The notes under the pieces: generated by a model | Database searches by the model: none | What the model saw: the letters and a program-made list of their open reading frames with translations, nothing else | What the model was told of the DNA's origin: nothing | Translations under genes and position numbers: made by a program | Shown here: one piece after another, positions 18,600-31,389 of the stretch | Layout: every line of letters starts with the position of its first letter | Numbering within the stretch: position 1 is the stretch's first letter | Assembly: GCF_009914755.1 (NCBI RefSeq) | Contig: NC_060928.1 | Strand: one strand, 5' to 3' | DNA from: the human T2T-CHM13v2.0 reference genome, Homo sapiens | Length of the DNA stretch: 64,000 bases

Positions 18600-19129
18600 A
18601 CAATGAGAACACATGGACACAGGAAGGGGAACATCACACACCAGGGCCTGTCATGGGTTGGGGGGATGGGGGAGGGATAGCATTAGGAGATATACCTAAT
18701 GTAAATGAGAATGAGAAGTTAATGGGTGCAGCACACCAACATGGCACTTGTGTACATACGTAACAAACCTACACATTGTGCACATGTACCCTAAAGCTTA
18801 AAGTATAATAATAAAAAAAGAAATAGAACTAATACTGTAAGTCAAAAACAAATTAAACATCTGATGCTTCTTAAGAAAAAAAAAAGAAATGTAGTTCACT
18901 CATAGTCTGCTTAGATGTGATGCTTTAACTCTACTTCTTGACAGAAACATTTACTCCAAATTCCTGATGTTCTTTAATTTTAAAAACAATATTAGATTTC
19001 CTTTTTTTATTATTTTTAATTTTGTGGGAACATAGTATATGTATATATTTATGGGCTACATGAGATATTTTGATATTGCATCGTATACATTTTGTATACA
19101 TTGTATGCCTGTATAAAAATACATGTCTG

Positions 19130-19260
19130 ACAGGAGAATTGCTTGAATCTGCGAGGCAGAGGTTGTGGTGAGCCAAGATCGCGCCATTGCACTCCAGCCT
19201 GGGCAACAAGAGCAAAACTCTGTCTCAAAAAAAAACAAACGAACAAACAAACAAAAAAAC
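19130..19260 (+). mobile_element. 5'-truncated AluSp/Sq-like fragment
   Basis: caggagaattgcttgaa...caacaagagcaaaactc plus A/CAAA tail; TSD core catgtctg at 19122-19129 and 19261-19268. Confidence 0.9.
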
Positions 19261-19661
19261 CATGTCTGTGTTTTTATACAGGCATAAAATGCATGATAAT
19301 CACAGCAGGGTAAATGGGGTATCCATCATCTCATGCATTTATCCTTTCTTTGTATTACAAACAATCAAATTATACTCTTGTATTTATTTTTAAATGTACG
19401 GTATATTATTATTTACTGTAGTGACCCTGTTATTCTGTCAAATACTAGATTTTATTCATTCTAACTATATTTTTGTACCAATTAAATATCGCTACTTCCT
19501 TTTCTCTCCCACCTCCATTACCCTTCCCAGCCTCTGGTAACCATCATTCTACTCTCTGTCTCCATGAGTTTAATTATGTTAATTTTCACCTCAAATAAGT
19601 GAGAACAGGTAAAGTTTGTCTTTCTGTGTCTGACTTATTTCCCTTAAAATAATGTCCTCCA

Positions 19662-20006
<345 letters not shown>

Positions 20007-23000
20007 TCATCTTTTATTTATCCATTTGTCTTCTGAAGGACACTTAAGTTTCTTCCAAATCTTGGCTGTTGGAAATAATGCTCCAATAAACATGGGAGTG
20101 CAGATATATCTTCAATATACTGATTTCTTGCTTTTATATTGTACCTAATGATGGGACCGCTGGATAATATGAGAGCTCCTATTATTAGATTTTGAGGAAG
20201 CTTCAAACTTTTCTCCGTAGTATCTGTATGAATTTACATTTCCACCAACAGGGTACAAGGGCTCCTTATCTCTGCATCATTGCCAGGGTTTGTTATTGCC
20301 TATCTTTTGGATATAAGCCATTTTAACTGGGTTGAGATAGTATCTCCTTTTAGTTTTGATTTGCATTTCTCTGATCATCAATGATGTGGAGCACGTTTTC
20401 ATATACATGCTTGCCATTTGTATGTCTTCTTTTAAGAAATATCTATTTACATCTTTTGCCCATTTTTAAACTGAATTAATAGGTTTTTTATTTTAGAGTT
20501 ATTTGAGCTCCTTATATATTCTGATTATTAATCCCTTGTCAGGTGGGCAGTTTTTAAATATGTTTTTCTGTTCTGTAAATTGTCTCTTCATTTTTTGATT
20601 ACTTCCTTTGCTGTTCAGAGCTTGGTAACTCGATATGATCTCATTTGTCCATTTTGGCTTTAGTTGCTTGTGTTTCTGGGGTATTACTCATGAAATCTTT
20701 GCCCACTCCAAAGTCCAAAGATTTTAGCCAGCGTTTTATTGTAGTAGTTTTATAGCTTGATGTCTCAGAATTAAGTTTTTCTTTTGATTGGATTTTTGTT
20801 TATGGCAAGAGGTAGGGATCTATTTAATTCTTCTGCATATGGATAGCTAGTTTTCCCAGAAAACTAGATATCTTATTGAAAAGACTGTCCTTTACCCAAT
20901 GTAGGTACTTGCACCTTTGTTTAAAATGAGTTCACTCCAGATGTGTGAATTTGTTTCTGGATTATCTATTCTGTTCTATTGATCTATGTGTTCATTTTTA
21001 GGCTAGTACCATGCTGTTTTGGTTACTATGACTCTGTAGTATAATTTGAAGTCAGGTGATGTAATTCCTCTTGTTTCGTTCTTTTTGGTTAGAATAATTT
21101 TGGTTATTCTGGGTCTTTCATGGTTCCATATAAATTTTAGATATTTTTTTCTATTTTGTGAAGAATGTCCTTGGTATTTTGATAGGGACTGCACTGAATC
21201 TGTAGATGGCCTTGGTTAGTGTGGACATTTCAACAATATTGATTCATCCAATCCATGACCATAGAGTATCTTTACATTTTTTGGTGTCTTATTTAATTTT
21301 TTTTCCCACCAATATTTTATAGTTTCCATTGTATGTATCTTTCACTTTTTTGGCTAGATTAATTCCTGGGGATTTAGTTTTATTTGTTGCTATTTCAAAT
21401 TGTGTTACTTTCTAGAAGTCTCTTTCAGATTGTTCACTGTTGGCATATAGAAATGCTACTTATTTTTTATGTTGATTTTTGTATCCTGCAACTTTACTCA
21501 TTTTTTTATTTGTTTTAATAGTTTTTATGGTGAGGCCTTTAGCTGTTTCCAAATATAAGATCATATCATCTGCAGTTAAGGATAATTTACTTCTATTTTT
21601 CCAATTTGGATGGCTTTATTTCTTTCTCTTATTTATTGCTCTAACTGGAACTTTCAGTACTATGTTGAATAATAGTGATGAAAACAGGTATCCTTGTTCA
21701 GCTCTAATTTTATTTATTTGTGTCTTCTCTCTCTCTCTGTCCTTTTAGTTATTCTGACTAAAGGTTTGTCATTATTGTTTATCTTTGCAAAACAACAGCT
21801 TTCCTTTGGTTGTTCTTTGTGATTTTTGTCATCATTTCAATTTCATTTATTTCTGCTCTGATCTTTGTTATTTTTTTTCTTCTACTAGTTTGGGGTCTGG
21901 TTTGCTCTTGCTTTTCTAGTTATTTAAGATGCATATTTAGGTTACTTATTTGAAGTTTTTCTACTTTTTCAATATAGAAGCTTAGAGCTATAAAGGTTCC
22001 TCTTAGTACTGCTTTCACTATATCCCACAGGCTTTTATATGTTTTGTTTTCCCTATCATTTGCTTCAAGAAGTGTTTCATTTTTCTTCTTAATGTCTTCA
22101 TTGACCTGGTGGTCATTCAAAAGCATATTGTTTACTATTCATATGCTGTGTATAGTTTTCAAAATTTCTCTTGTAATTGACTTCTAGTTTTATTCCATTG
22201 TGGTCAGATAAGACACTTAATATAATTTTTGTCAGTGATTTAAGACTGTTACCTAACATATGATCTATCCTTGATAATGATTCATGTGCTGAGGTAAAGA
22301 ATGTGTATTCTGCTGCCGTTGGATGAAATGTTCTGGAAATAACTATTAAGCCCATTTGGTTTATAGTGCAGAACAAGTCTGATGTTTCTTTATTGATTTT
22401 CTGTCTGGAAGTTCTGTCCAATGCTGAAAGTGGGGTGTCAATATATCCAGGTATTATTGTATTGGGGGTCTAATTCTCTCTCTAAGCCTAATAATATTTG
22501 CTTTATATGTTGGTGCTCCAGTGATGTGTGCATATATATTTACAATTGTATCCTCTTGCTGAACTGACTTCTTTATCATTATATAATAACCTCCTTAGCC
22601 TCTTTTTATAGTTTTGATTTTGAAATCTATTTTTCTGATATAAGTAGAGCTACTTCTACACTTTTTGTTTTTATTTGCCCAGAATATCTTTTTCTATCCC
22701 CTTATTTTTAGTCTATGTGTATCTTTACAGGTTAAGTGTGTTTCTTGTAGGCAACAGATTGTTGGGTCTTGTTCTTCCCTTCATTTAACAAGTTCATGCC
22801 TTTGATAGGAAAGTTTAGTCCATCTACATTTAACGTTATTATTAGTAAGTAAGAACCCACTGCTGCCATTTGTCTTATTTCTGATTTATTTTTTAGTTTT
22901 TTTCTTCTTTCTTTCCTTCCTTACTGTCTTCCTTATAGTGAAGGTGATTTTTCTCTGGTGTTTTTTTTTTTTTAAATTTCTTGCTGTTTTTCTCTATCTG

Positions 23001-23799
23001 TTGTGTGATTTTGATTTGAGGTTTCCATGAGGATTGCAAATAATGTCTTCTAACCCATTGTATTATACTCATGAAAATATAACACAACTTTTATAAACAA
23101 ATGACAAACTAACAAACAAGCAAGGAGAAAACTAATAAAACCTCTACACTTGACCTTTGCCTACTTTTTAACTTTTCGTTTATATTTATGTCGCCTAAGT
23201 CTTAAAAAGTTGTTGCCATTATTATTTTTAATTGATTCCTCTTTTAGTCTTTCTACTCAAGATGTGAGTCGTTTACATAGCACAATTACAGTGTTATAAC
23301 ATTCTGCATTTGTTTGTGTACTTACTATTACCAGTGAGTTTCATACCTTCAAATAATCTCTTATTGCTTGCTAATGTCCTTTTCTTTCAGATTGAAGATC
23401 TCCCTTTAGCATATATTGCAGGGTAAGTCTGGTGTTGATGAAATCCTTCAGCTATTGCTTGTATGTGAAGGTCTTTATTTCTCCTTCAGAAATGAAGTAT
23501 ATTTTCACTGGATATATTATTCTAGGATAAAAGATTTTTTTTTCCTTTTGCACTTTTTGTAATGCCACTTTCTCTTGGCCTATAAAGTTTCTACTGAGAA
23601 GTCTCCTGCCAGATATATTGGAGTTTATTTGTGTTATCTGTTTCTTTTCTCTTGCTTCTTTTCATCCTTGACCTTCTGGAATTTGATTATTAAATGTCTT
23701 GAGGTAGTCTTATTTGGGTTAATTTTGCTTGGTGTACTAAAACCTCCTTGTATTTTATCATATTAAAAAGCGTTTATTGGGATATAACCCTATCTTGTT

Positions 23800-24166
23800 A
23801 AGATGCAGCTGAATGCATGAAGAGGGTTATATTCCAATAAACCTATTAGAATTTGAAAATATTGTAAGTCAAAATTGCATTTAATACAAATAGCCTATCA
23901 AACATTATAGGTTACCCTAGCCTACCTTGAATGTGCTCAGAAAATTTACCTAAGCCTACAGTTGGGCAAAATCATCTAACACAAATAAATTTCATAATAA
24001 AATGTTAAATGTTTCATGTAATTTAATAAATACTGTTCTGAAAGTGAAAAACCAAATAGTTGTATAGGTACTCAAAGTACAGTTTCTACTGAGTGCACAT
24101 TGCATTTGTACCACTATAATGTTGAAAAATCATTAAGTCAAACGATTGTACACTGGGTATCATCTG
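23800..24166 (+). mobile_element. MER47A (Tigger-derived) DNA transposon
   Basis: agcctacagttgggcaaaatcatctaacacaaa and tgaaagtgaaaaac motifs; ends catctg followed by TA. Confidence 0.8.
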
Positions 24167-25232
24167 TAATAGGTTAAATTTTCATTAATAGTGTATTTTA
24201 TAGATTTATTCAATTTTGTTGGAATTTTCTCCACATCAGGATAAATTTGTCATACATTGCTAATTATTAAAAATAATTTATGATATGTGCTCTCTCATTT
24301 GAAACAATTAAGAGTATTAGTAATGTAGATTAATAGATCCATTGAAATAATGAAGCAGATATGTCAACCTAAGAAGTTTTACCATACTGATAATGAAAAT
24401 TCAAGATTATAATATAGTTACTTATTGTCAAAAAGTTAGAACAGGTGCGTAAGACCTGCAGGCCCATGTATCCAGGAGTTATTCCACTTGAGAGATAGAT
24501 GGACTTGTTGAATGCTTTCCTTAATTGTTTAATTAATTAATTTACCTTCAAAACTTCAGTTTTTTTCCTCTATGTTACTATACTTGAATTTGTTGAAGCA
24601 TTCTTTCAATTATAAATTCTTATATTTTTCAGAATTTTGTACTTTAAAAAATTTTGTATCTGTAAACATATTACTTTCAGCCCAATAGATCTTTTTGCAC
24701 ATTTTCTGATATTTCTTCAAGGCAACATTATACTTACTCTAAAGCTGATCAGTAATTAATTTAGATGGCAGAATGTTCTACTATAGCTGAAATAAGATGT
24801 TCTAAAACTAAAATTGTAAAGAACACACAAAATAAATATTTCCACTCATGACCACTTATTATTTATACAAGTTATCTCTAAAAATATTGCATTTAAATGG
24901 CTAGATATTAAAAGTAGGCATGATGGGATTTTAGGATTGTTATTAATGCTGAATGTATTAATCTAGGTTATATATTAACCATTGTTTTTGCTTTATGATA
25001 ATTCATAAAGTCCTCAATGCATTATTTTATTTATTTTACATGTGTGTAAAGTATTTAGAAAGTTTTATTTTAAAATTATGGATTATAATTTATTTGCCAA
25101 AAATCCTGTCAATATATTTTTATTTATGTGTACATAACTATGTAACTTTGACCATGGTAAGTTTACAAATGCCAATTATGAGTAAAGTGTTTTTAAGATT
25201 TCTGCAAGTTTTCCTTATCCACTTAAGAAATG

Positions 25233-25555
25233 AAGTCATCCTCAATATCTACGGAGATTGGTTCTAACTCTCTCCTTGACACCAAAATTTGTGGATGTTC
25301 AAGGCTTTTATGTAAAATGGTGTAGTATTTGCACATGTTCCCATATACTTTAAGTCATCTCTAGATTATTTATAATACCTAATACCATATAAATTATATG
25401 TAAATGGTTGTTTTACTGTATATTTTAGGGAATAGTGACAAGAAAATATTTGTATATGTTCAGTATAGAAGCAACTATCTAGGGCTAACTATATTTTCAA
25501 TCTGCAGTTGGTTTAATCTGTTGATTAGGAACTCGAGAATAAAGAGGGCCAATTG
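25233..25555 (+). mobile_element. MER2 (Tigger family) DNA transposon
   Basis: tcatctctagattatttataatacctaatac and tttagggaatagtgacaagaaaa; ends gagggccaattg followed by TA. Confidence 0.8.
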
Positions 25556-25741
25556 TATCATTTCCCACTGGTCACTAACAGGAGTAAAGAAAAAATAATC
25601 AGTGGAGATTTTATAAAAATGGTTGTTTCTGGACTCAATAGACTAGAAAGAACAAGTAATACTGTGGTAAGAGTCTTTGTTATATTTGAAAAATATAATG
25701 AAGAAAAGTAAATCTTCCTTAAGGATAATAGGCAAACATAT

Positions 25742-26115
25742 ATTTTTTAAATTTTTTATGTTTATATATTTAGTGAGTACAAATGCAGACTTCTTACATG
25801 CATATATTGCGTAATGGTGAAGTCTGGGCTTTTAGTGTACCCATCACCCAAATAGTGAATATTGTAACTAATAGGTAACTTTCCACCTCTCATCTTCCTC
25901 CCATGCTCCCACCTTATGAGATTTCTAGTGTCTATTATTCCATTTTGTGTGTTCATGTGTACCCATTGTTTAGCTTCTGTTTATAAGTGAGAACATGCAG
26001 TATTTGACTTTCTAGGTTTCTGAGTATGTCACCTAGGATAATGTCCTCCAGTTCTATTCATGTTGTTGCAAAAGATGTGATTTCATTCTTTTTTTATGGC
26101 TGAAGAGTATTCCAT

Positions 26116-26155
<40 letters not shown>

Positions 26156-26418
26156 TGTGATATATACATAAAACATTTTCTTTATCCAGTCCCCTACTGA
26201 TGGAAATTTAGGTTGATTCCATATCTTTGCTATTGTGAATAGTGCTGCAATAAACATTCTAGTGCAGATATCTTTTGATATGATGATTTCTTTCATTTTG
26301 GGTATATATTCAGTAGTGGGATTGCTGGGTCAAATGGTAGTTCTATATTTACTTCTTTGAGACATCTCCATACTGTTTCCCATAGAGATTGTACTATTTT
26401 ACATTCCCACCAACAGTG
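25742..26418 (-). mobile_element. L1PB-like 3' fragment containing a (TG)n tract (~26117-26152)
   Basis: ggtgaagtctgggcttttagtgtacccatcacc; minus peptide [17 protein letters not shown]. Confidence 0.85.
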
Positions 26419-27589
26419 GGAGAAATGTATTGGCAAAAACGTATTGAATAGAACATTTAAATATTTGCAAATGCACTGACTAATAAGTCTATAGAAAACC
26501 ACCTCTAACAAAGACTATGTTAGGAAAAACTGTGGCGCAAGAGAATGTCAGCCACATACTAGTATTTTTATATAGTGTTATGAAACAGGAATTGGAGTCC
26601 ATTTCAGCTAAAGCTAAGACATTTGTTTTGGCCCTCGGAAAATGCTAAACATACTTAATAGATGGAAAGAAGGTAGGGATATGGGTGTAGATATCATAAT
26701 TCTATGTGAAATACTCTCAATTGAGTACATAAATTTGTATATATCTTCACTCCAAAATAGTGTATTCATTGTGTATGAATATATATACACATATACGTAT
26801 TTCCATGAACCATGATATAAATTTGCTAATTAGCAATATATTAGTATACTGTGTAGTTTGGCTAAATATACACGAATATAAATCTATGTTAATTTCAATG
26901 TTTAAAAATATTTCTGTTTCAAGTCGCTTCATAAATCTATAACAATTTCAATATGATTGAATAATATTGTATACATGTGGATGCGTAAATTTACAAATTT
27001 GGGTTCTTAGGTCATATGCATATTTTAATAGCAACATAGCAACATAGACTGAAATAGAATACCAAGCTTTATATCTGTCTAAAATCCAATAACACATGCT
27101 TAGGGCATCCTCCTGTTTGGGAGCAGGTTCAAACAACAGGCACAACTGCAGTTTTACTTCTAAACAGAAAATCAAATTGAGGGAATTACAGTGATTTTAA
27201 TGAATATTTCTCTATCTTGATGAATTATTCTGCTTTATTTTAGAAGTTTATTTCAGTCTAAGTAACTGAGATTGATTATCCTCTATCTGCCATCTGTTCC
27301 CATTTGCCATTACCACAGCATCCAAAATTACTTTGAACATTTTTCGAAACATTTTACAATGTTCATACTTTAGCTTACATTTTAAATTGTATGCTGTGAA
27401 AAACATACAGATATCATGTATTCCATTAATAATGCATCACAAAAGGGTGGTAATTTGGCAAATATTACTAATCAAATATTTGGACAATATTAAAATTGAT
27501 TTTGTGTTAAATCAGCAATGAATTCCTTTCTTAAAAGATTTAGAGAATTTAAAGGAGATATCACCTGACTTTGAGAAAGTATAACACAT

Positions 27590-27743
27590 GATACATGTAA
27601 ATATGGATGTTAAATATAAGCATATATGTGTATATCCATGTATACACGCATACACTTATACACATGTGTGTATTCATATGTTTGTGTATATGTGTACATA
27701 TTTGTGTATGTGTATGCATGTGTGTGTGCTTGCATATATATAT
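27590..27743. repeat. Degenerate TATG/TGTG low-complexity tract
   Basis: Read directly. Confidence 0.8.
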
Positions 27744-27744
27744 A

Positions 27745-28230
27745 CTTCCAATTGCTATAAAAAATTACCATAAACTAAGTGGCTTAAAACAACACAAATT
27801 GTTGTTCATGTCTGACTCCTAGAACTGTAAGACTCTAGGAATCAACATTCTAACATGGGTCTCACTTGGCCAAAGTCAATACATCAGCAGGACTGCACTC
27901 CTTCATGGAGATTCTAAGAGAGAACATATTTTCTTGTCTTTTCTAGTGGCCACTTATATTATTTGACTTTGTGACCCCTTCTTCCATTTTCAAAGCCAGC
28001 AATAGTGGGCAGAGTCCTCATGCTGCTATCTCTCTAGTTCTGTAGATAGAAAAGATTCTTTGCTTTTAAGGATTCAAGTGATACATTAGACTCACCTGGA
28101 ATATCCAGAATAATCTTTCCATCTATATATACTTAAGCTTAACTGTGTCCGCAAAGACTCCTTTGCTATGTAAAATAACATATTCAATAATTCTGAGGAT
28201 TGGGGTATGGATATCTTAGGGGGCTGTATC
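27745..28230 (-). mobile_element. MLT1C/D-like MaLR solo LTR
   Basis: aattaccataaactaagtggcttaaaacaacacaaatt...atgggtctcac...atccagaataatct. Confidence 0.8.
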
Positions 28231-28620
28231 TTGTATAAATCCCCCATAGAATATGAGTTCTATCCAGTAATATCAAAAGTCATTTGATGTAAAACTTGAA
28301 ATTACAAACGCCACCTTTAAGCTTAAGATGAGTCATGCAATATAGCACACATTGTATATTTTGCATAAGTTTTGTCTCCATAAACTTCCATATTTACAAA
28401 GAAACACAAATTTGTGACCTAAATATCAAATTGTTGACAATAAGGCATAGACTAGGAAGAGATATATTCAATCAGGGGGGATCTCAGGATCTCCAAACAG
28501 AAAATTGTCAACAATACATTATACTGCACACTTGTCTAAAAGAAAGACAATAAGAAAAAAATAGGCGTCTAGTAATCTTCTGTATATTTTGCTTAGGAAT
28601 ACTGTTTTTAAATTAATATT

Positions 28621-28621
28621 A

Positions 28622-28653
<32 letters not shown>
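28621..28653. repeat. (TG)n(TA)n microsatellite
   Basis: Read directly. Confidence 0.9.
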
Positions 28654-28654
<1 letters not shown>

Positions 28655-28859
28655 AATGAATGTTTAACATTCCTCAAAACTATAACCAGTTATATAAATC
28701 CCAGTAAGTCTACTTTTAATATCATTTGTTTTTTTTCCTTTGACCTACTTTTCTATTCTTGTATACATACCAGTATCATAATTTGCGTGTTTTAAACTTC
28801 CATATTTTTCTACCCATTTATAATATTATCAGAAATGTCAACTTATTAAAATTAAATTT

Positions 28860-29985
28860 TTAAAGAATTTAAAACTTTACATTAAAACTTACAGAACATT
28901 GACAAGAGAAAGTTTAAAAGACAAAAAGAGTAGATATATAATCATGCTGATAAATCAGAAAACTCAACGATTTAGATTCATGTCTTCCCCAAATTGAATG
29001 CAACCCCAATTAAAATATCAGCATTTTTCAAAGCTGACTATGTAATTCTAAATTTCACGTAGAAATGTAAAATAACCAGAATAGTTATAAAAATATTAAA
29101 GAGAAGGACAGTGTCAGCTAACTCTGTCACCTAATATCAAGATTTACTTGAAATTTTTACTATGTAAGAAGCGTGAACTTGGCAAAATGATAAGCTAAGA
29201 GATTAAGTAAACCAAATAGAGAATACAAATACAGACCTACACATATATAAAAAATTAAATTTGAGCTGGATCATAGGTGAAACTAAAATATAAAATTATA
29301 TACCTAGGGAATAAAAAAACCAAAAAGTATATATTTATAACTCGATTATGATTCAAGAATGTATATATTTATTGATAAGATACAAAAAGGATTAACTGTA
29401 AAAGTAAACATTTATAAATTTGACTTTATTAAAATTGAGATTTTTTGGTCACCAAAAGGCGTGACTGAAAAGGCAAGCCAGGACTCATATCAAGATTACA
29501 TAATGTATACTTACAAATAAATAGCCAATAGTCAGATAACACAATTGAAGAAAAAACAGCAAACATTTTAAATCTCACTTCATGAAAGAATAAATGCAGA
29601 ATACCTGTAAGCACATGTAATGATTCTCAATATCATTAGTCATTAGGAATATGCAAATTAAAGTCTCTATTAAATACTAATATACCTATCAGAGGAGTTT
29701 TTAAAAATTTTAATCACAATACTGACTTTGATGAATATGCGGGGTAACTGGGACTCTGTTATACTGCTTTTAATGTTAAGTGTTACAACCACTTTTGAAA
29801 ACTACAAAAAAAGTATATACTAATGCTAAATATATACATTTCTTGTGACTCAATTATCTCTCTTCTATAAATATGTACAGAAACAAGCACCTATGTACAC
29901 CAAAGATGTGTAGAAGAAAGTTTGTATTTTTTTATAATATTTATTTATAATAGCCTCAAAGTAGAAAAACTTAATACCCATGAAC
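28860..29985 (+). mobile_element. Ancient L1M ORF2 3' fragment
   Basis: cttccccaaattg...atcattagtcattaggaatatgcaaattaaa...acaaccacttttgaaaact. Confidence 0.65.
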
Positions 29986-30044
29986 ACTAACCTGCTACAG
30001 AATAATCAGTACATCCCAGATATTCTTGTTAATTAAAGTATACT

Positions 30045-30329
30045 AGTACCACATGGCTGACTGGCTTTGTCACTGGCTGACAGCAGAGCTCCAGGACCTT
30101 GAGTGAACGTAGGCAGTAGCCAGAGAATGGTTGTAGCAAGTCTTGGGTGAGAACTAGTGCTGTACTGGCTTCAGGTTTAATCCAGTGCAGTCATAGAGGT
30201 GGTGGCCAAAAGAGTGCCTGTGTCACTTCACCCCCAGCTTTAGGTAGCTCAGAACAGAAAGCCTCTGTTTGGGATAAACTAATGAAAGAGAACAAGACTC
30301 TCTGCATGGTAATCCAGCTAATTCTCCCA
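30045..30329 (+). mobile_element. L1MA-type 5' UTR fragment (left half of an interrupted host L1)
   Basis: gagtgcctgtgtcac...gagaacaagactctctgcatggtaatccag; the element resumes at ~32263. Confidence 0.75.
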
Positions 30330-31389
30330 TTTTTTTTTTATTGGCAGAATTTTATTCTTTTTTTTTTCTGTGGGTAATTGATTTTAATACAATTACACAT
30401 TCGTTCTGTGATGTAACAACTTTCACTTCATTTGTAGGACTACTTTTCTCAATTGACTCATGACAAAGGCACAATACAAAAGGATGCAGTAATATTACAA
30501 TAATAGTTTTGAACAAATGTGGACAAAGGACCAATCTGCAGTATTAAATAGAAAACATTTAAGTATGGATTAACTTGAATATATTTTCATTCCAGACAAT
30601 ATTTTTACTTTTCAACATTGTCTCATTTTACTACGATGGCAGTTTAGGTGCCTGGTGAGTTATTCTTAATATCCATTCAACATATAACAATTATAATTAA
30701 GCATTTACATACTGGATAGACAAAAGAACCCAGATTTTTAAATATCTCTGATATTTTAAATAAATTCTTCTGCTAATTCACTTATTTTTCCATTTCAGTG
30801 ATTACTCTGAAATTAAATGTTTTTTCTTCTACTTATAGAATCGAGTAACTCAGCTATTTTACTTTAAATACATGTGAATTTAACCAAGGATTATTAAACA
30901 AATTGAAGAAAAGCCTTCCAATCATAGTGCTTAAAAGCAATGTAATATATAAAATGTTACAATCAGGCTGATTTGTTTCCTTGATGGAAATTTTTGGTTT
31001 CAAAAGAAACAGTAGGTATTTAAAGATACTGAAGCAACATAAGACTATTTTGTTTTGTAAAAAAAGAACCATTTAAAGATGCTGTTCTGCAGCTTATAAA
31101 GAACAGCATATAAAATTAAGTGTTAAAACACCAAAAAGAGATGTTATTTTTAAGCATTTGCTAAGTTAGAATCCTTTCTCATGAGTCTCTGAATATTTGG
31201 AACGTGTTTAGAGTCATCAAAATATAATTCTGGAAATAAACAAATAAATTAACATTTTTATTTTATGTGATTTTACAAATCTAGGTCTTCTGAGTCACTA
31301 AGATACTAAGCTTCAGTGTCTTAGTCTTTTCAGTTATAAAGTAACATGTTACTTCTCTGCCTAGCTATTTCATTACCTGTAAGACCTAA

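Noticed and set aside
18655-18676. G-quadruplex-like tract
   Set aside because: Ordinary G-rich feature of L1 3' UTRs
26418-26445. Possible short 5' inversion or TSD at the end of the L1PB fragment (gggagaaatgtattggcaaaa)
   Set aside because: Too short and degenerate to distinguish from chance
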